Source: Thermoplasmatota archaeon (GTDB taxonomy: Archaea > Thermoplasmatota > JAKEGO01 > JANQNJ01). Taken from it: DNA of 58,905 nt. The DNA is taken from positions 1 to 58,905 of the forward strand of contig JANQNJ010000002.1 of NCBI GenBank assembly GCA_028279645.1, read 5' to 3'. The notes below the pieces were generated by a model. That model saw only the letters and a list, made by a program, of their open reading frames with translations, was not told where the DNA came from and did not search any database. The position numbers and the translations under genes are program-made. This document shows positions 24,701-32,473 of this stretch, piece after piece. Each line of letters begins with the position of its first letter. Position 1 is the first letter of the stretch.

Positions 24701-26132
24701 ACTTCTCTTCGACGTATACAGTGAGTGTGAGATTTACCATTATTGAGGTATCGCCTTGGCTCTGAGCATAGATCTTGACATTGTGACCGCCATAAGGAGC
24801 GTCCTCGCCGATCGTTATCCTTGCGATCACGGATTCGTTGTCGAACCGGTCAACATCCATCGTGGTCTGGGGTATGAACTGGATCAACCAACCCGAAGGT
24901 TCGGATGAGCTGAGGTAGAACCGGTCCTCGGCGTTGCCGTCGTTGTGTAGATATATCTCAACGTCGACAGAATCCTCTGGAAGAGTGTATTCGCCGGGGG
25001 ATTCGCCTTCGAGGTGCGCTTCATAGACCTGTAGGACGGTTGTTGTGACATTGATATCGATCGCAGGTGCTTGGGCACTCCCCTCATCCGGGGTTGCGGT
25101 TATGGTGATGGTTTTTGTCCTGTCCGGACCTTCTGCAGGGGCATTTTCGTCAGGTGTGATCTCGACTCTGAACGTTGCAGTCTCGTTGGTATCAAGGATG
25201 GCATATGCTGGATTCATGCCGATGGTCCAATCGTCAAGGGTTCCTGAATAACTGAGATCGTAGCGTACTTCGCTGTTTCCTCTATTGGTCAAGGTGAAGT
25301 TGTATTGTGCTTCCTGTCCGGGGAATGTGGAAAGGGAGGTGTCCTCGCATTCGAATTGATAGGAATAATATGGTAGTACCGTGAAGTTGAAGGGCACAGA
25401 AGATGTCGTTTCGCCTTCATCATCGGTTGCTGATACTGTTATGTAGTATACTTTTGCGGTCGCCATTCCAATATCAACGGTGAGATTGAAGTATTCTGTA
25501 GCACCCGAGAGTACATAGAGTGACGAGGGACCGATAACAGATATGTCGCCAGGAGAATGTGTAATACCGATATCGAACGTTTGATTATAATTCCAATGGT
25601 TCTCCAGTTTGAAGGGGATGTTAACAGTTGTCTCCACAGAACCGTTCAGGCGAGGATTGCCAACCATGGAAAGTAAATGCCATCCGCCTCGTCCGACTGT
25701 CGTTTCAATGTAGATATTGGCAGGTTCGGTTCCATTAGTATTCGATATGGACACGTAGGTCTCTTCCGATTCCTGATATTCGACGTCTCCGGGAGCGGTC
25801 ACCCTAACGTTGGTATACTTCCAGCCCGAGGCATCGATGTGCCAGGAGTTGGAACCCACGAATTCTGTAGTCCAACCCGAGCTAGGTGTGCTCAAGGTGA
25901 GCGTCACATCGGTCTCATACGGCGAAGAGCCATCCTTTGTTGCTTTGATACCGATCTGATATGTGACAGAATCTCCTGGATCTACTTCCTTCCCAGCTGG
26001 TGTGTTGGTATCATCAATATCTACATCTCCCAATGCAGCCGTTGTTACTATCATGAAAAAGAAGACTACCATCGCTGCAAGTAACAGCCGCTCGACCATG
26101 CTTCGAGACTGACGACTAAGCGAATCGTTCAT
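18591..26132 (-). CDS. giant (2513 aa) repeat-rich cell-surface protein / adhesin with PGF-CTERM archaeosortase sorting signal
   Basis: Uninterrupted 7.5-kb ORF with an N-terminal hydrophobic signal (LLLAAMVVFFFMIVTTAALG). The body is many ~100-130-aa beta-rich modules with the recurring pattern Y[DE]h.h.......V..G....F.h.h.N.G...D.[FY].[IL] (CARDB/NEW3/COG1470-like S-layer modules) and many N-x-S/T sequons. The C-terminus GIPGFGPPTIFAGIAAGALVLCFRRRRD is a PGF-CTERM signal. Confidence 0.9.
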   Translation of the reverse strand: MNDSLSRQSRSMVERLLLAAMVVFFFMIVTTAALGDVDIDDTNTPAGKEVDPGDSVTYQIGIKATKDGSSPYETDVTLTLSTPSSGWTTEFVGSNSWHIDASGWKYTNVRVTAPGDVEYQESEETYVSISNTNGTEPANIYIETTVGRGGWHLLSMVGNPRLNGSVETTVNIPFKLENHWNYNQTFDIGITHSPGDISVIGPSSLYVLSGATEYFNLTVDIGMATAKVYYITVSATDDEGETTSSVPFNFTVLPYYSYQFECEDTSLSTFPGQEAQYNFTLTNRGNSEVRYDLSYSGTLDDWTIGMNPAYAILDTNETATFRVEITPDENAPAEGPDRTKTITITATPDEGSAQAPAIDINVTTTVLQVYEAHLEGESPGEYTLPEDSVDVEIYLHNDGNAEDRFYLSSSEPSGWLIQFIPQTTMDVDRFDNESVIARITIGEDAPYGGHNVKIYAQSQGDTSIMVNLTLTVYVEEKFDCKLTNLGSSSDEVMTRYQDRSAMFNFSVENAGNRNTEFDLEVIDVSSTGWICALDNNQPDLDGGEVENVQLTITAEHKFEAGTYQFRVRALMEDLNYSNELTYQVQVEKYSVFRIVAISIDEINSSRYPYSAEGNGTGVVNADVWIENIGNDNDTAELEMWLPAGWLDLGIDPDHQIDIGYEEQASARISFRVGSDALNQEYSVWLYANSTLPDGTDVSKSLQVSVQQAYAVEVQVSGINTKETYPAEAVTFDIIIKNEGNGEDTISIDVDNKQADWDYIFTPSASPVITANDQTTVTLTVTPAGDAPKGEYEVKLNATTHGEYDKNQQVVVSVRQLYDFELTSPNPQKNGDPNWVVNYTLQVVNKGTGSDEVELEASMWPRDSDAIITIEDTWIDLAVYEINTTTITVELPDANKLDPSTYIIYVNGTSENGTVSPSDDIVVTEVFTLVVNPVYSLLLSSQTDALEGEPGDTLYYALNVKNTGTGSSGFNIERTGTYKTWASHGTEKGTTAPIIDAGETVEAYLNVTLKDWDNTPPEVRDAGYVLISLRVTCQEDTGVVETHEFNTTIKVQYGLEVGGLRTSTGLPGSYSYFNMTLQNTGTHTDTFNISVDGDTVPTGWFFMFTDANESMVTIDPNEQATVQIYLDIPLDMEEAQNQDYDISVIIDSVNDETTSPIATRNLTVEVDQYHDVEIKVTSDLKKVDKGDTVTFTPRLINKGNGDDTFQIEVEGEWATWVQDVDPPSVELFGYNDDETIDIEIEVPQDEDPDDYVFIMNVTFSSGGQTLFERQFLTVRIEHDWDVELSSFDTYKSADPGDEVAFEIKVKNSGSIMDDYDIDLSDTMAGWGFTAVWNETQAVKIQEILDLADNTHVLIQVVIDVADDNDVDPGEHDINITVTSKEKPTVFDYIVCTIDLEPFYDFEVHSADEYMTVDAGDSYNATLRINNDGNDEDDYRITTQQTPAAEWKVSHNSQANASKDGDPGEEAYVNVFIEVPKNAEALKVGFHEIIIEVKSIGETELIKNFTFKVDVDERYDFSLEINTTTRWAGFNESVQFEVLIINDGNIGDEIQMSVTGPYGDWANLYYLQNVDNTTVHHEGREIDVELESSTSEHLVFVNVSVPKRDRGSEWDELVKTEFMIKGVSEGDDDVELEENVTLRLKELFEFELIGIDDFVSVDAADGEDEAEFTFRIHNLGTREDDYLVEKVFVPSKFNVGSLGSVNNVDADENTDYNFDVAIPSSDSDIEEGEHTIILLVTSSSNTSVRHTINFTLEILEYSLEFDIINGDMNMTIDPDAGEFGTRFDFEIVNTGTRTDDYRIEASGYSTNKFKSIPTQSINDIEEDHSRTVFINVSYALDKDANDIKAGNYTFTIKVKSDADPSIVKQRTLTLTIEPFYDVELYASNATKTVSADVNNTFEIELTNIGNADDIIDLDIPEITPNNMDWVTFYSDSALAFEIDGTISLDFKETRSIYVNLVYTREEALEENQFDPEVSSRNKIFFKVRGSASSGFGDEVSVTGTLERIVSYEYDLPVEDRIFHDPVKGDTLKCHLKITNVGIHPEDFVISINNGPNDLDAAFNDGSKTLSIYDLGDEILLIINVTYDTDDLTDLPVSDAPYLINVSIDPVHGLSGPDAPDDAKKVYFDYEIDIASKGAPKIEIIGPATQKLEVGEESEYSIKITNMGNDNDDLTLSIDTASDDMYGTINGTDEVTIFGLEPGEWYSLSYKVFVNTSDAPEIDDEMINETITVTSSIGSGPTTSVSITSWFEDNYDLEEIGVTTNGTLDQYDDEVRIDLEFQITNTGTDTDSYSINATKVPSGFTLGPLPNVTSLAPYYSFNYTFYIEADDLDDLDVGNYTLKLKIISAKDPSVSRRIDFTLTIINTTPVVETDIAVPTITITYPPNGTTVTGVVVINGTAYDALSNITKVEVRIGNGSWFSVNLSEYSIQPNTTFNWSYSLNMTGFAPARYRLRFRSYDGYQYSNVTSINLVIQEQGDGKNDGGKKDDDSDGIPGFGPPTIFAGIAAGALVLCFRRRRD

Positions 26133-26195
26133 ACGAATCCCTCTTGCTCCATATCTCCCTCGCCTGTTCCTACCCAGAAAAACTACGAGCCGGAG

Positions 26196-26208
26196 AATAT
26201 AAATAAAG
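26196..26208 (-). promoter_or_regulatory. TATA-like box upstream of the giant surface-protein gene
   Basis: Minus strand reads ctTTATTTATATT, 64-76 nt upstream of ATG 26132, in an otherwise GC-rich region. Confidence 0.3.
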
Positions 26209-26371
26209 ATTGGTACGAGATGTTATAATCTGACCCTTTTGTTGGAGTCGATATTGCCTTTGGAGGACCTGAGGGGGGTTTTCCATGCGTTTTGGCAGGA
26301 AAACCGCCGTTCGTTACAATGACATGCACTGAGAGACGGAAATACGCGTATTGGGAAAGATATTAATCATA

Positions 26372-26983
26372 ATGAACACGGTCAGGATGTTGATGGACGA
26401 CCCAGCCGTGATCGATAAGCTGCAAAATGCCACAGTTGGTATCGCCGGGGCCGGCGGCCTCGGTTCCAACATCGCAATGGCACTGGCCAGGGCCGGCGTG
26501 GGCAGGTTGGTCATTGTCGACTTCGACGAGATCGAGGAGAGCAACCTCAACCGCCAGTACTACTTCCTGGACCAGGTCGGAAAATCGAAGCTGCAGATGC
26601 TGAAACAGAACATCGATGCAGCAGTAAGGTCGTGCGATGTGGATATCATCGAACGGAAGCTGGAGGCGGGGGCGATGTCCGCTCCTTTCGGCGACGTGGA
26701 CGTCGTCGTAGAGGCCCTGGACGCCGCATCGACCAAGGTCAAGTTCATCGAGGAATGCCTGACCGATCTGGACGTTCCCGTGGTCGCCGCCTCGGGGGTG
26801 GCGGGGTGGGGTGGTTCCGAACGCGTTAAACTAACGAGATCCGGCAAGCTCTATCTGATCAACGACCCCGAGTCGCTTTCAAGCGACGAGGGCGTCCTGC
26901 TTGCTCCGAAGGTCGGTCTGCTGGCCCATTATCAGGCCAATACGGTGCTGGAGATCATACTGGGTGTGGAGGGTGGCCGTTGA
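26372..26983 (+). CDS. ThiF/MoeB-family E1-like adenylyltransferase (short form, no rhodanese domain)
   Basis: VGIAGAGGLGSNIAMALARAGVGRLVIVDFDEIEESNLNRQ is a Rossmann/ATP motif. ATG 26372 (the track start 26351 is TTG). Its stop overlaps the next gene's TTG start. Confidence 0.85.
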   Translation: MNTVRMLMDDPAVIDKLQNATVGIAGAGGLGSNIAMALARAGVGRLVIVDFDEIEESNLNRQYYFLDQVGKSKLQMLKQNIDAAVRSCDVDIIERKLEAGAMSAPFGDVDVVVEALDAASTKVKFIEECLTDLDVPVVAASGVAGWGGSERVKLTRSGKLYLINDPESLSSDEGVLLAPKVGLLAHYQANTVLEIILGVEGGR

Positions 26984-27180
26984 CTATACGGGTTAATGGG
27001 CTCAAGAAGGACTTCGTAGAGGGGGAGACGATCTCGAAGCTCCTCAAGCGGATGAAGTACGTCTTTCCCATGGTCATCGTCAAGATCGACGGCGAGCTCG
27101 TTCAGAACGAGGACTTCAAGGCGACCACGTTCGAGGACGGGGCCGTGATCGAGGTCATCCATCTCACCAGCGGCGGCTGA
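26980..27180 (+). CDS. ThiS/MoaD-type ubiquitin-like sulfur carrier (66 aa, C-terminal Gly-Gly)
   Basis: MTIRVNG...ISKLL...VKIDGELV...DGAVIEVIHLTSGG* is a beta-grasp pattern ending in GG. The TTG start overlaps the ThiF-like stop (TTGA). Confidence 0.75.
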   Translation: MTIRVNGLKKDFVEGETISKLLKRMKYVFPMVIVKIDGELVQNEDFKATTFEDGAVIEVIHLTSGG

Positions 27181-27230
27181 TCCGGTCGGTGTGCTGGTTT
27201 TTTATGGCCTGAGACCCTTGTTATCGGCGC

Positions 27231-27425
27231 ATGACCGAAGTTCCGAGCGAAGTTCAGGATAATTTTCTAGAGTTGATACGGAACCGGTCCAGGGACGGAG
27301 AGATCGCCTGTGCATCGGTCCTGGAGATATCCAAGCAGACAGGTTTTCCATCGAAACAGGCCGGTCTGCTGCTCAAAGAACACGACATCAGGATCGTTCA
27401 CTGCCAGCTGGGTTGTTTTCCATAA
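27231..27425 (+). CDS. small conserved-Cys hypothetical protein (64 aa)
   Basis: ATG start. ...GEIACASVLEISKQTGFPSKQAGLLLKEHDIRIVHCQLGCFP. Sits between the ThiS-like and MobB genes. Family not identified. Confidence 0.45.
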   Translation: MTEVPSEVQDNFLELIRNRSRDGEIACASVLEISKQTGFPSKQAGLLLKEHDIRIVHCQLGCFP

Positions 27426-27500
27426 GTGAGCGGAGATCCGTATACCCAGTTCACCTAGGTCATACATTAAATAGGATAAAATCTCCTAGAGGAGCCTATC

Positions 27501-28028
27501 ATGATCGTAGTCACCTTCGTCGGCCTGAAGAAGTGCGGCAAGACCACCACGATAGAGGCAGTCGTGAAAGAGCTCAAGTCGAGAGGCCTAGCCGTCGGAA
27601 CGATCAAATACATGCCCCATTCAAGCTTCACGGTCGATATCGAGGGGAAGGATACCTGGAGGCATAAGGAGGCGGGGGCGGATTTCGTCATCTCGCAGTC
27701 GGCCGACGAACTGGCGTTCATCCGTAGGACGCCGGAGCGGCCGCCTTTGAGCGAATTGTTGGCGCTTGTTCCCGAGGGGACCGATGTTCTGCTCTGCGAG
27801 GGCCTGGAGGATCCTGGAGATGGCGGCCTCACGGTCGTTCTGGCCAAGGAGCCAGGTCTCCTTCAGGAGACGTTCGAGGTAAGACAGCCTAAAGGGACCA
27901 TTATTGCACTTTCCGGAATAATGTCCAACGAGATCCGCCTCCATCCAGACAATCCAGAGCTTCCCGTTCTTAGTGCAGTGGTGGATATCGATGTCCAGCG
28001 AATGGCGAACCTTATCCTGAATTCATAA
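27501..28028 (+). CDS. mobB: molybdopterin-guanine dinucleotide biosynthesis adapter protein MobB
   Basis: MIVVTFVGLKKCGKTTTIEAVVKELKSRGLAVGTIKY...KDTWRHKEAGA...LLCEG shows a P-loop and MobB pattern. GAGGAG Shine-Dalgarno upstream. Confidence 0.8.
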   Translation: MIVVTFVGLKKCGKTTTIEAVVKELKSRGLAVGTIKYMPHSSFTVDIEGKDTWRHKEAGADFVISQSADELAFIRRTPERPPLSELLALVPEGTDVLLCEGLEDPGDGGLTVVLAKEPGLLQETFEVRQPKGTIIALSGIMSNEIRLHPDNPELPVLSAVVDIDVQRMANLILNS

Positions 28029-28105
28029 AGAAGGGCCGGTTTTCCAGGGGCCCCAGGGCAGAAATATAAATAGAAGTTGTTTCTATTGGCCGTTACGGGA
28101 TAGAA

Positions 28106-28453
28106 ATGATGGTCACGAGCGTAGAGAAGGTACCACAGAAGGACGTCGAGGTGAAGGGAGCCGAAGGCGTGCAGATCCAGTGGCTCGTTGACAGGAACGC
28201 AGGGGCCGACAGGTTCGCCATGCGCCGATTCGAGCTGGCAAAGGGCGGCTACACCCCTGAGCACGCCCACGACTGGGAGCACGAGGTCCTTGTGCTGGAG
28301 GGCGAGGGGCAGGTCATCGAGGACGGTAGGAAGCCCCACGACGTCGCTTCGGGCAGCGTGATCTACGTCCCGCCGAACCAGGTGCACCAGTTCAAGAATG
28401 CAGGAGAGAAGAGCTTCGCGTTCCTCTGCTTGGTACCGGACCACGGATATTGA
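28106..28453 (+). CDS. cupin-domain protein
   Basis: ...GGYTPEHAHDWEHEVLVLEGEG...GSVIYVPPNQVHQFKN are the two cupin motifs (G.....H.H..E / P....H...N). Confidence 0.8.
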   Translation: MMVTSVEKVPQKDVEVKGAEGVQIQWLVDRNAGADRFAMRRFELAKGGYTPEHAHDWEHEVLVLEGEGQVIEDGRKPHDVASGSVIYVPPNQVHQFKNAGEKSFAFLCLVPDHGY

Positions 28454-28476
28454 TATCCCGATCACGGGTGAAGTTC

Positions 28477-28761
28477 ATGGAGATCATACTCGTCAACAAG
28501 GACAAGAACAGCATGGAGGTCGAGCTTCCGGGGACCAACGAGACCGTTCTCTCTCCCCTGGTGGAGGCCCTTCTGGACGACCCTAAGGTCGAGTTCGCGA
28601 CCTCGCTCAAGGGGCACCCGCTCCTCGAGAGGCCCACCCTTTACGTCCGCGTGACCTCGGGCAAGCCCCAGACCGCGTTCAAGAGGGCGGCGACCAAGGT
28701 GTCCAACCAGTACAAGGACGCCCTCGAGGAGATCGAGAGGCTCGTTCCCGCCGAGAAGTGA
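28477..28761 (+). CDS. rpoL: DNA-directed RNA polymerase subunit L (Rpo11)
   Basis: MEIILVNKDKNSMEVELPGTNETVLSPLVEALLDDPKVEFATSLKGHPLLERPTLYVRV... matches the archaeal RpoL pattern (E..GEDHT..N.L...L...P.V.FA.Y...HPL). 94 aa. Confidence 0.85.
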   Translation: MEIILVNKDKNSMEVELPGTNETVLSPLVEALLDDPKVEFATSLKGHPLLERPTLYVRVTSGKPQTAFKRAATKVSNQYKDALEEIERLVPAEK

Positions 28762-28898
28762 TGATAGCGATCAGGCAGGGAGACGCCTTGCCTTCTGTGT
28801 CAGTGAGAGTTCTAGCTAGAGGGTACTTTGGGAGAAGGGTATCTGAAGCGCAAGTATCATACGGTATGAGACCAAGTATCACCGGAGGTCGTGACGAT

Positions 28899-30290
28899 AT
28901 GACGATCGGGACCGGCATGGAGCGATATCTCACCGATCCGCCCGGTATCGGAGGCCGCCTGAGGGCGATAGCCGCCCACTTCAGGGTGGAGGAGGTTCCA
29001 TTTCCAGCTTTAAAAGGAACGGGCAGGAACCTCATGCTCGTCATAGAACTGGACAACTGGGAGACCAACAGGTTCGTCCACATGCTCGGGACCAGGCTCG
29101 GGATCAGGTCCGATCTGATCTCATTCGCAGGATTGAAGGATAAACGCGCCGTCACGGTACAGCAGTTCAGCCTCAGGGGGATGGGGGAGGGTGGGAAGAA
29201 CCCGATCCTGCCCTCTGCCAAGGTGGCGCCGGTACCGTCCGGTCCTTATTCGAAGGTCGCCACTGTTGACAGGCCAGGTCCCGAGAATGGCGTCGACCCT
29301 ATTGCTGCCTTCGTGCAGAACAAGATCGACCTAAACGGAGTGTCTGTACTGGACGCGTTCTCGACGGACAGCTCGCTCAGACCAGGCGGCCTTGTCGGGA
29401 ACCGGTTCCGGATAGTCGTCACTGATCCGGACCTGGTCGGCCAGGCCCTTGAGGACGAGATCGCCCGGATCCAGGGCCAGATGGAGGCGGTGGGCGGTGC
29501 GCCGAACTTCTTCGGCGTCCAGCGCTTCGGCGCGGTACGGACCAATACCCACCTCGTCGGCCTGAAGGTCCTGAACGGCGACTTCATGGGAGCCGTGGAC
29601 GAATATGTCGGAAAACCACGGCAGAATGAGCCGGATGCGATCAAGGAGGCCCGCGCGGCCCACGACCGAGGAGATCCGCCGGAGGACATCATGGACATGC
29701 TCCCGAAGGAGTATTCCTACGAGAGAATGCTCCTATCGTCCCTGGTTCAGTACCCGGACGAGCCCCGCCGGGCCTTCGAGAGGCTTCCGGCAACGCTGCG
29801 CCGAATCTTCATCCAGGCCGTCCAGGCCTACGTCTTCAACAAGATACTGTCGGCCCGCATGGAAGAGGGACTTCTCGACCCCGTGGTCGGCGATACCGTC
29901 CTTCCCATGGACGGGAGATTTCCAGATCGACGCAGATGGATACCCGTGAGCGACTTCAACCTCCCGAAGATCCAGGAGCAGTGCTCCAGGGACAAGGCGA
30001 GGGTCGCAGGGCCGCTGCCGGGGTCGGACATTCCGCCGATGACCGGCCGCCCTGGTGAGATACACGATGCGATCCTTGAGGAGTTGGGCCTCACGCGGGA
30101 ATCCTTCCTGACCCCGGAAATGCCCGAGATCGGATCGAAAGGCAGGTTCAGGGAGCTCGTCACCCCGGTACAGGACCTTATCTTCGAACCGGAACCCCTG
30201 CCGACCTTCTCCTTCTTCCTCTCCAAAGGGGTCTACGCCACGACGATCATGCGGGAGTTCATGAAGGTCGGCGACCCCATGGCGTACTAG
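28899..30290 (+). CDS. truD: tRNA pseudouridine synthase TruD (archaeal Pus7-type)
   Basis: GMERYLTDPPGIGGRLR...HFRVEEV, FAGLKDKRAVTVQ (catalytic Asp), and FFGVQRFG. GGAGGT lies 9 nt before ATG 28899. Codons 28761-28898 use rare A/T-ending codons, so they are treated as non-coding. Confidence 0.85.
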   Translation: MTIGTGMERYLTDPPGIGGRLRAIAAHFRVEEVPFPALKGTGRNLMLVIELDNWETNRFVHMLGTRLGIRSDLISFAGLKDKRAVTVQQFSLRGMGEGGKNPILPSAKVAPVPSGPYSKVATVDRPGPENGVDPIAAFVQNKIDLNGVSVLDAFSTDSSLRPGGLVGNRFRIVVTDPDLVGQALEDEIARIQGQMEAVGGAPNFFGVQRFGAVRTNTHLVGLKVLNGDFMGAVDEYVGKPRQNEPDAIKEARAAHDRGDPPEDIMDMLPKEYSYERMLLSSLVQYPDEPRRAFERLPATLRRIFIQAVQAYVFNKILSARMEEGLLDPVVGDTVLPMDGRFPDRRRWIPVSDFNLPKIQEQCSRDKARVAGPLPGSDIPPMTGRPGEIHDAILEELGLTRESFLTPEMPEIGSKGRFRELVTPVQDLIFEPEPLPTFSFFLSKGVYATTIMREFMKVGDPMAY

Positions 30291-30338
30291 ACCACAACGT
30301 TCTTATATCGACCTTCCAGCTTATCCAGAGTGGTTCGA

Positions 30339-31178
30339 ATGGAGATGACCAGACACCTCCCACTGACGTTGATATTGACGATGATCGCACTCTCGGCGCT
30401 CATGCTTCTGACCGGAGCAACCGCGGGAGATATGGGGATGGAGGTCACGCCCAGCGGCGCCGTCTCGCGATCGATGGACCCGACCGGCCTGTCGGGGGAT
30501 ACCGATCTATCCTACACCGTTAAGATCACAAACAACGGCCTCGCGGACGAGAACGTGACGATCTCCTTCGCCAATGTGCATCATTACGTCGAACCGACGG
30601 TGAACGGCAACGCAACCGCCTCTGGTACGGTGTCAGGTGGAACCTCCTGGACTGTCACTGTAAAGGTGATGAACGCATCCTACTTCGACCCCTATGACGG
30701 AGCTTTCGACATCGTCGCTACCAACGACACTCACGCTGTAAGCGAGTCGGTCTCCGTGGTCCTTCTGAAAGGGCAGGTGGATATCCCCGAGGTGGTCCAG
30801 AAGCCGAATGTCGCCTATTCCGGCGACGACGTCGAGGTCATCGCGACGGTCGTGAACGTCGGAACGGCGAGGCTGGAGGGCGTGGTCGTCACATTCACCG
30901 CGGACCAGGTGGAGGTCAAGACCATGACCATCGACCTGGATGTCAATGAATCGGTCAAGGTGAGGTACACCTGGAAGGATATCTCGCTCGAAGAACACCA
31001 TGTCGGTGTCAAGGTTCGGGGATGGGACAGCGACATCGGTGCCGATGAGGGCCAGACGATCTTCGTGTTCAAGGACAACTACAAGGACAATCCCACAGGG
31101 CCAGGGTTCGCCGGTATGGCCTTTCTCCTGGTCGCTGGCCTGCTTATGGCCGTCATTGGACGGCGGGAGAGGTCCTAG
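30339..31178 (+). CDS. secreted surface protein with CARDB-like modules and PGF-CTERM anchor
   Basis: Signal peptide (LTLILTMIALSALMLLTGATAG), two beta-rich modules (...YTVKITNNGLADENVTI..., ...VIATVVNVGTARLEGVVVTF...), and C-terminus NPTGPGFAGMAFLLVAGLLMAVIGRRERS (PGF-CTERM). Confidence 0.8.
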   Translation: MEMTRHLPLTLILTMIALSALMLLTGATAGDMGMEVTPSGAVSRSMDPTGLSGDTDLSYTVKITNNGLADENVTISFANVHHYVEPTVNGNATASGTVSGGTSWTVTVKVMNASYFDPYDGAFDIVATNDTHAVSESVSVVLLKGQVDIPEVVQKPNVAYSGDDVEVIATVVNVGTARLEGVVVTFTADQVEVKTMTIDLDVNESVKVRYTWKDISLEEHHVGVKVRGWDSDIGADEGQTIFVFKDNYKDNPTGPGFAGMAFLLVAGLLMAVIGRRERS

Positions 31179-31253
31179 GCAGTAGGTTTTTTATTTCAAG
31201 TGATGCATTGGTCTCCGATACAGGAAACCTCTGCAGACCGGAGGGGCGATAAT

Positions 31254-32255
31254 ATGAACGAACATAGAATGGCCGCGGACCAGCCCAAGGGATCAGACGC
31301 GACGGAGGTCAGCTCTGCTTACTGTCCGGCTCATGTCAGCTGTTTCTTCACAATAGATGCGACCAGCCCCAACCCGTTCCAGAAGGGATCGGTGGGCGCC
31401 GGTTTCAGCCTCGAGAAGGGCGTGACCGCCATCGTCAAGCTGATCGACAAGCCCGGTATCCAGGTCGTCCTGAACGGCGGCGCAGTGGATTTCCCCACCG
31501 TCAAGACCGTGGTCGAGCACTATCTCGATCCGGATACCATGCTCCCGGACACTCCAAGCGCAGAGAGGCTCAGCACGGCGGGCCACATGCTAGGGATACA
31601 CGTCTCATTACTGTCCGAGCTTCCGCTGTCCCAGGGATTCGGCCTGAGCGGCGCCTGCGCCCTGGCGACATCCTACGCACTCTCAAAGTTACTGCCCAAT
31701 TATAGGACCCCTGCCGAGATCGCCCACCTTGCCGAGCTGGAGAACAGCACCGGCCTTGGAGATGTCCCGGGACAGACCATCGGCGGCTTCGAGGCCCGGA
31801 TCAGCCCGGGTGTACCGCCCCACGGCGAGGTCGTGGACCTCGACCCGACGGTCCCGGCGTTCCTGGACGAGCACCGGTTCACTGGCATCCCGGTCCTGCT
31901 CTGCGTCCTAGGTGAGCATGTCGGTACTAAGAACGTGCTGGAGGACCAGAGGCTCCACGAGCTGATCAACTACGCCGGAAAGGAGTCCCTGGACGCACTG
32001 ATGCACGACAAGACCCTGGAGAACCTCTGCATCCAGTCGAACCTCTTCGCGGAGCGGGTCGGCTTCAACAACCTGAAGACCGAGAGGACGGTGGAGCTGA
32101 TCCGAAGGTACAACTACGGTATAACGGGTCGATGCATGCTCGGGAACTCGATCTTCGTCTTCGGCAAGGTCGAACGGCTCAAGCCGATCCTGGAGCCCCT
32201 GGGCGAGGTCTTCGTGACGAAGATCACGTCGAGAGGCGCGCATCTGCTGGAATAG
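31254..32255 (+). CDS. pantoate kinase (archaeal CoA pathway, GHMP-kinase fold)
   Basis: AYCPAHVSCFF...GSVGAGFSLEKGV..., GHMP motif LPLSQGFGLSGACALA, and ...AHLAELENSTGLGDVPGQTIGGFE. GGAGGGG Shine-Dalgarno 7 nt before ATG 31254. Confidence 0.75.
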   Translation: MNEHRMAADQPKGSDATEVSSAYCPAHVSCFFTIDATSPNPFQKGSVGAGFSLEKGVTAIVKLIDKPGIQVVLNGGAVDFPTVKTVVEHYLDPDTMLPDTPSAERLSTAGHMLGIHVSLLSELPLSQGFGLSGACALATSYALSKLLPNYRTPAEIAHLAELENSTGLGDVPGQTIGGFEARISPGVPPHGEVVDLDPTVPAFLDEHRFTGIPVLLCVLGEHVGTKNVLEDQRLHELINYAGKESLDALMHDKTLENLCIQSNLFAERVGFNNLKTERTVELIRRYNYGITGRCMLGNSIFVFGKVERLKPILEPLGEVFVTKITSRGAHLLE

Positions 32256-32473
32256 GCTTTCTGTCGGTTCGGACCACATTGCACGTATTAGCTTCGATCA
32301 GAGGAGGTTCTGTGCAGGGGGAGGAACCGCAGAAACGCTTCTAATTGACGACCAACGAGTTGATGCGGTCCAGCTGTGTTCGTATGTCATAGTTGAACCA
32401 ACTAAGAACACAGCGTATACCGGCATCTTCTCGCACCATCTCCCGAAGAAATCTCTCATTGACGTAAGGGAGA

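Noticed and set aside
26275-26340. TPP (THI-box) riboswitch upstream of the ThiF-like gene
   Set aside because: A CTGAGA box (26328-26333) and a ggttttcc/ggaaaacc inverted repeat are present. However, the order and remaining conserved elements of the TPP aptamer (for example ACCTGATCTGGATAATGCCAGCG) are absent on either strand.
28761-28898. Possible TruD start at ATG 28761 overlapping the rpoL stop (TGATG)
   Set aside because: These 46 codons are rich in A/T-ending rare codons (tct, tca, aga, gtt, cta, ttt, gta), unlike the rest of the gene. TruD homology starts at GMERY, and a GGAGGT Shine-Dalgarno precedes ATG 28899. It is kept only as an alternative.
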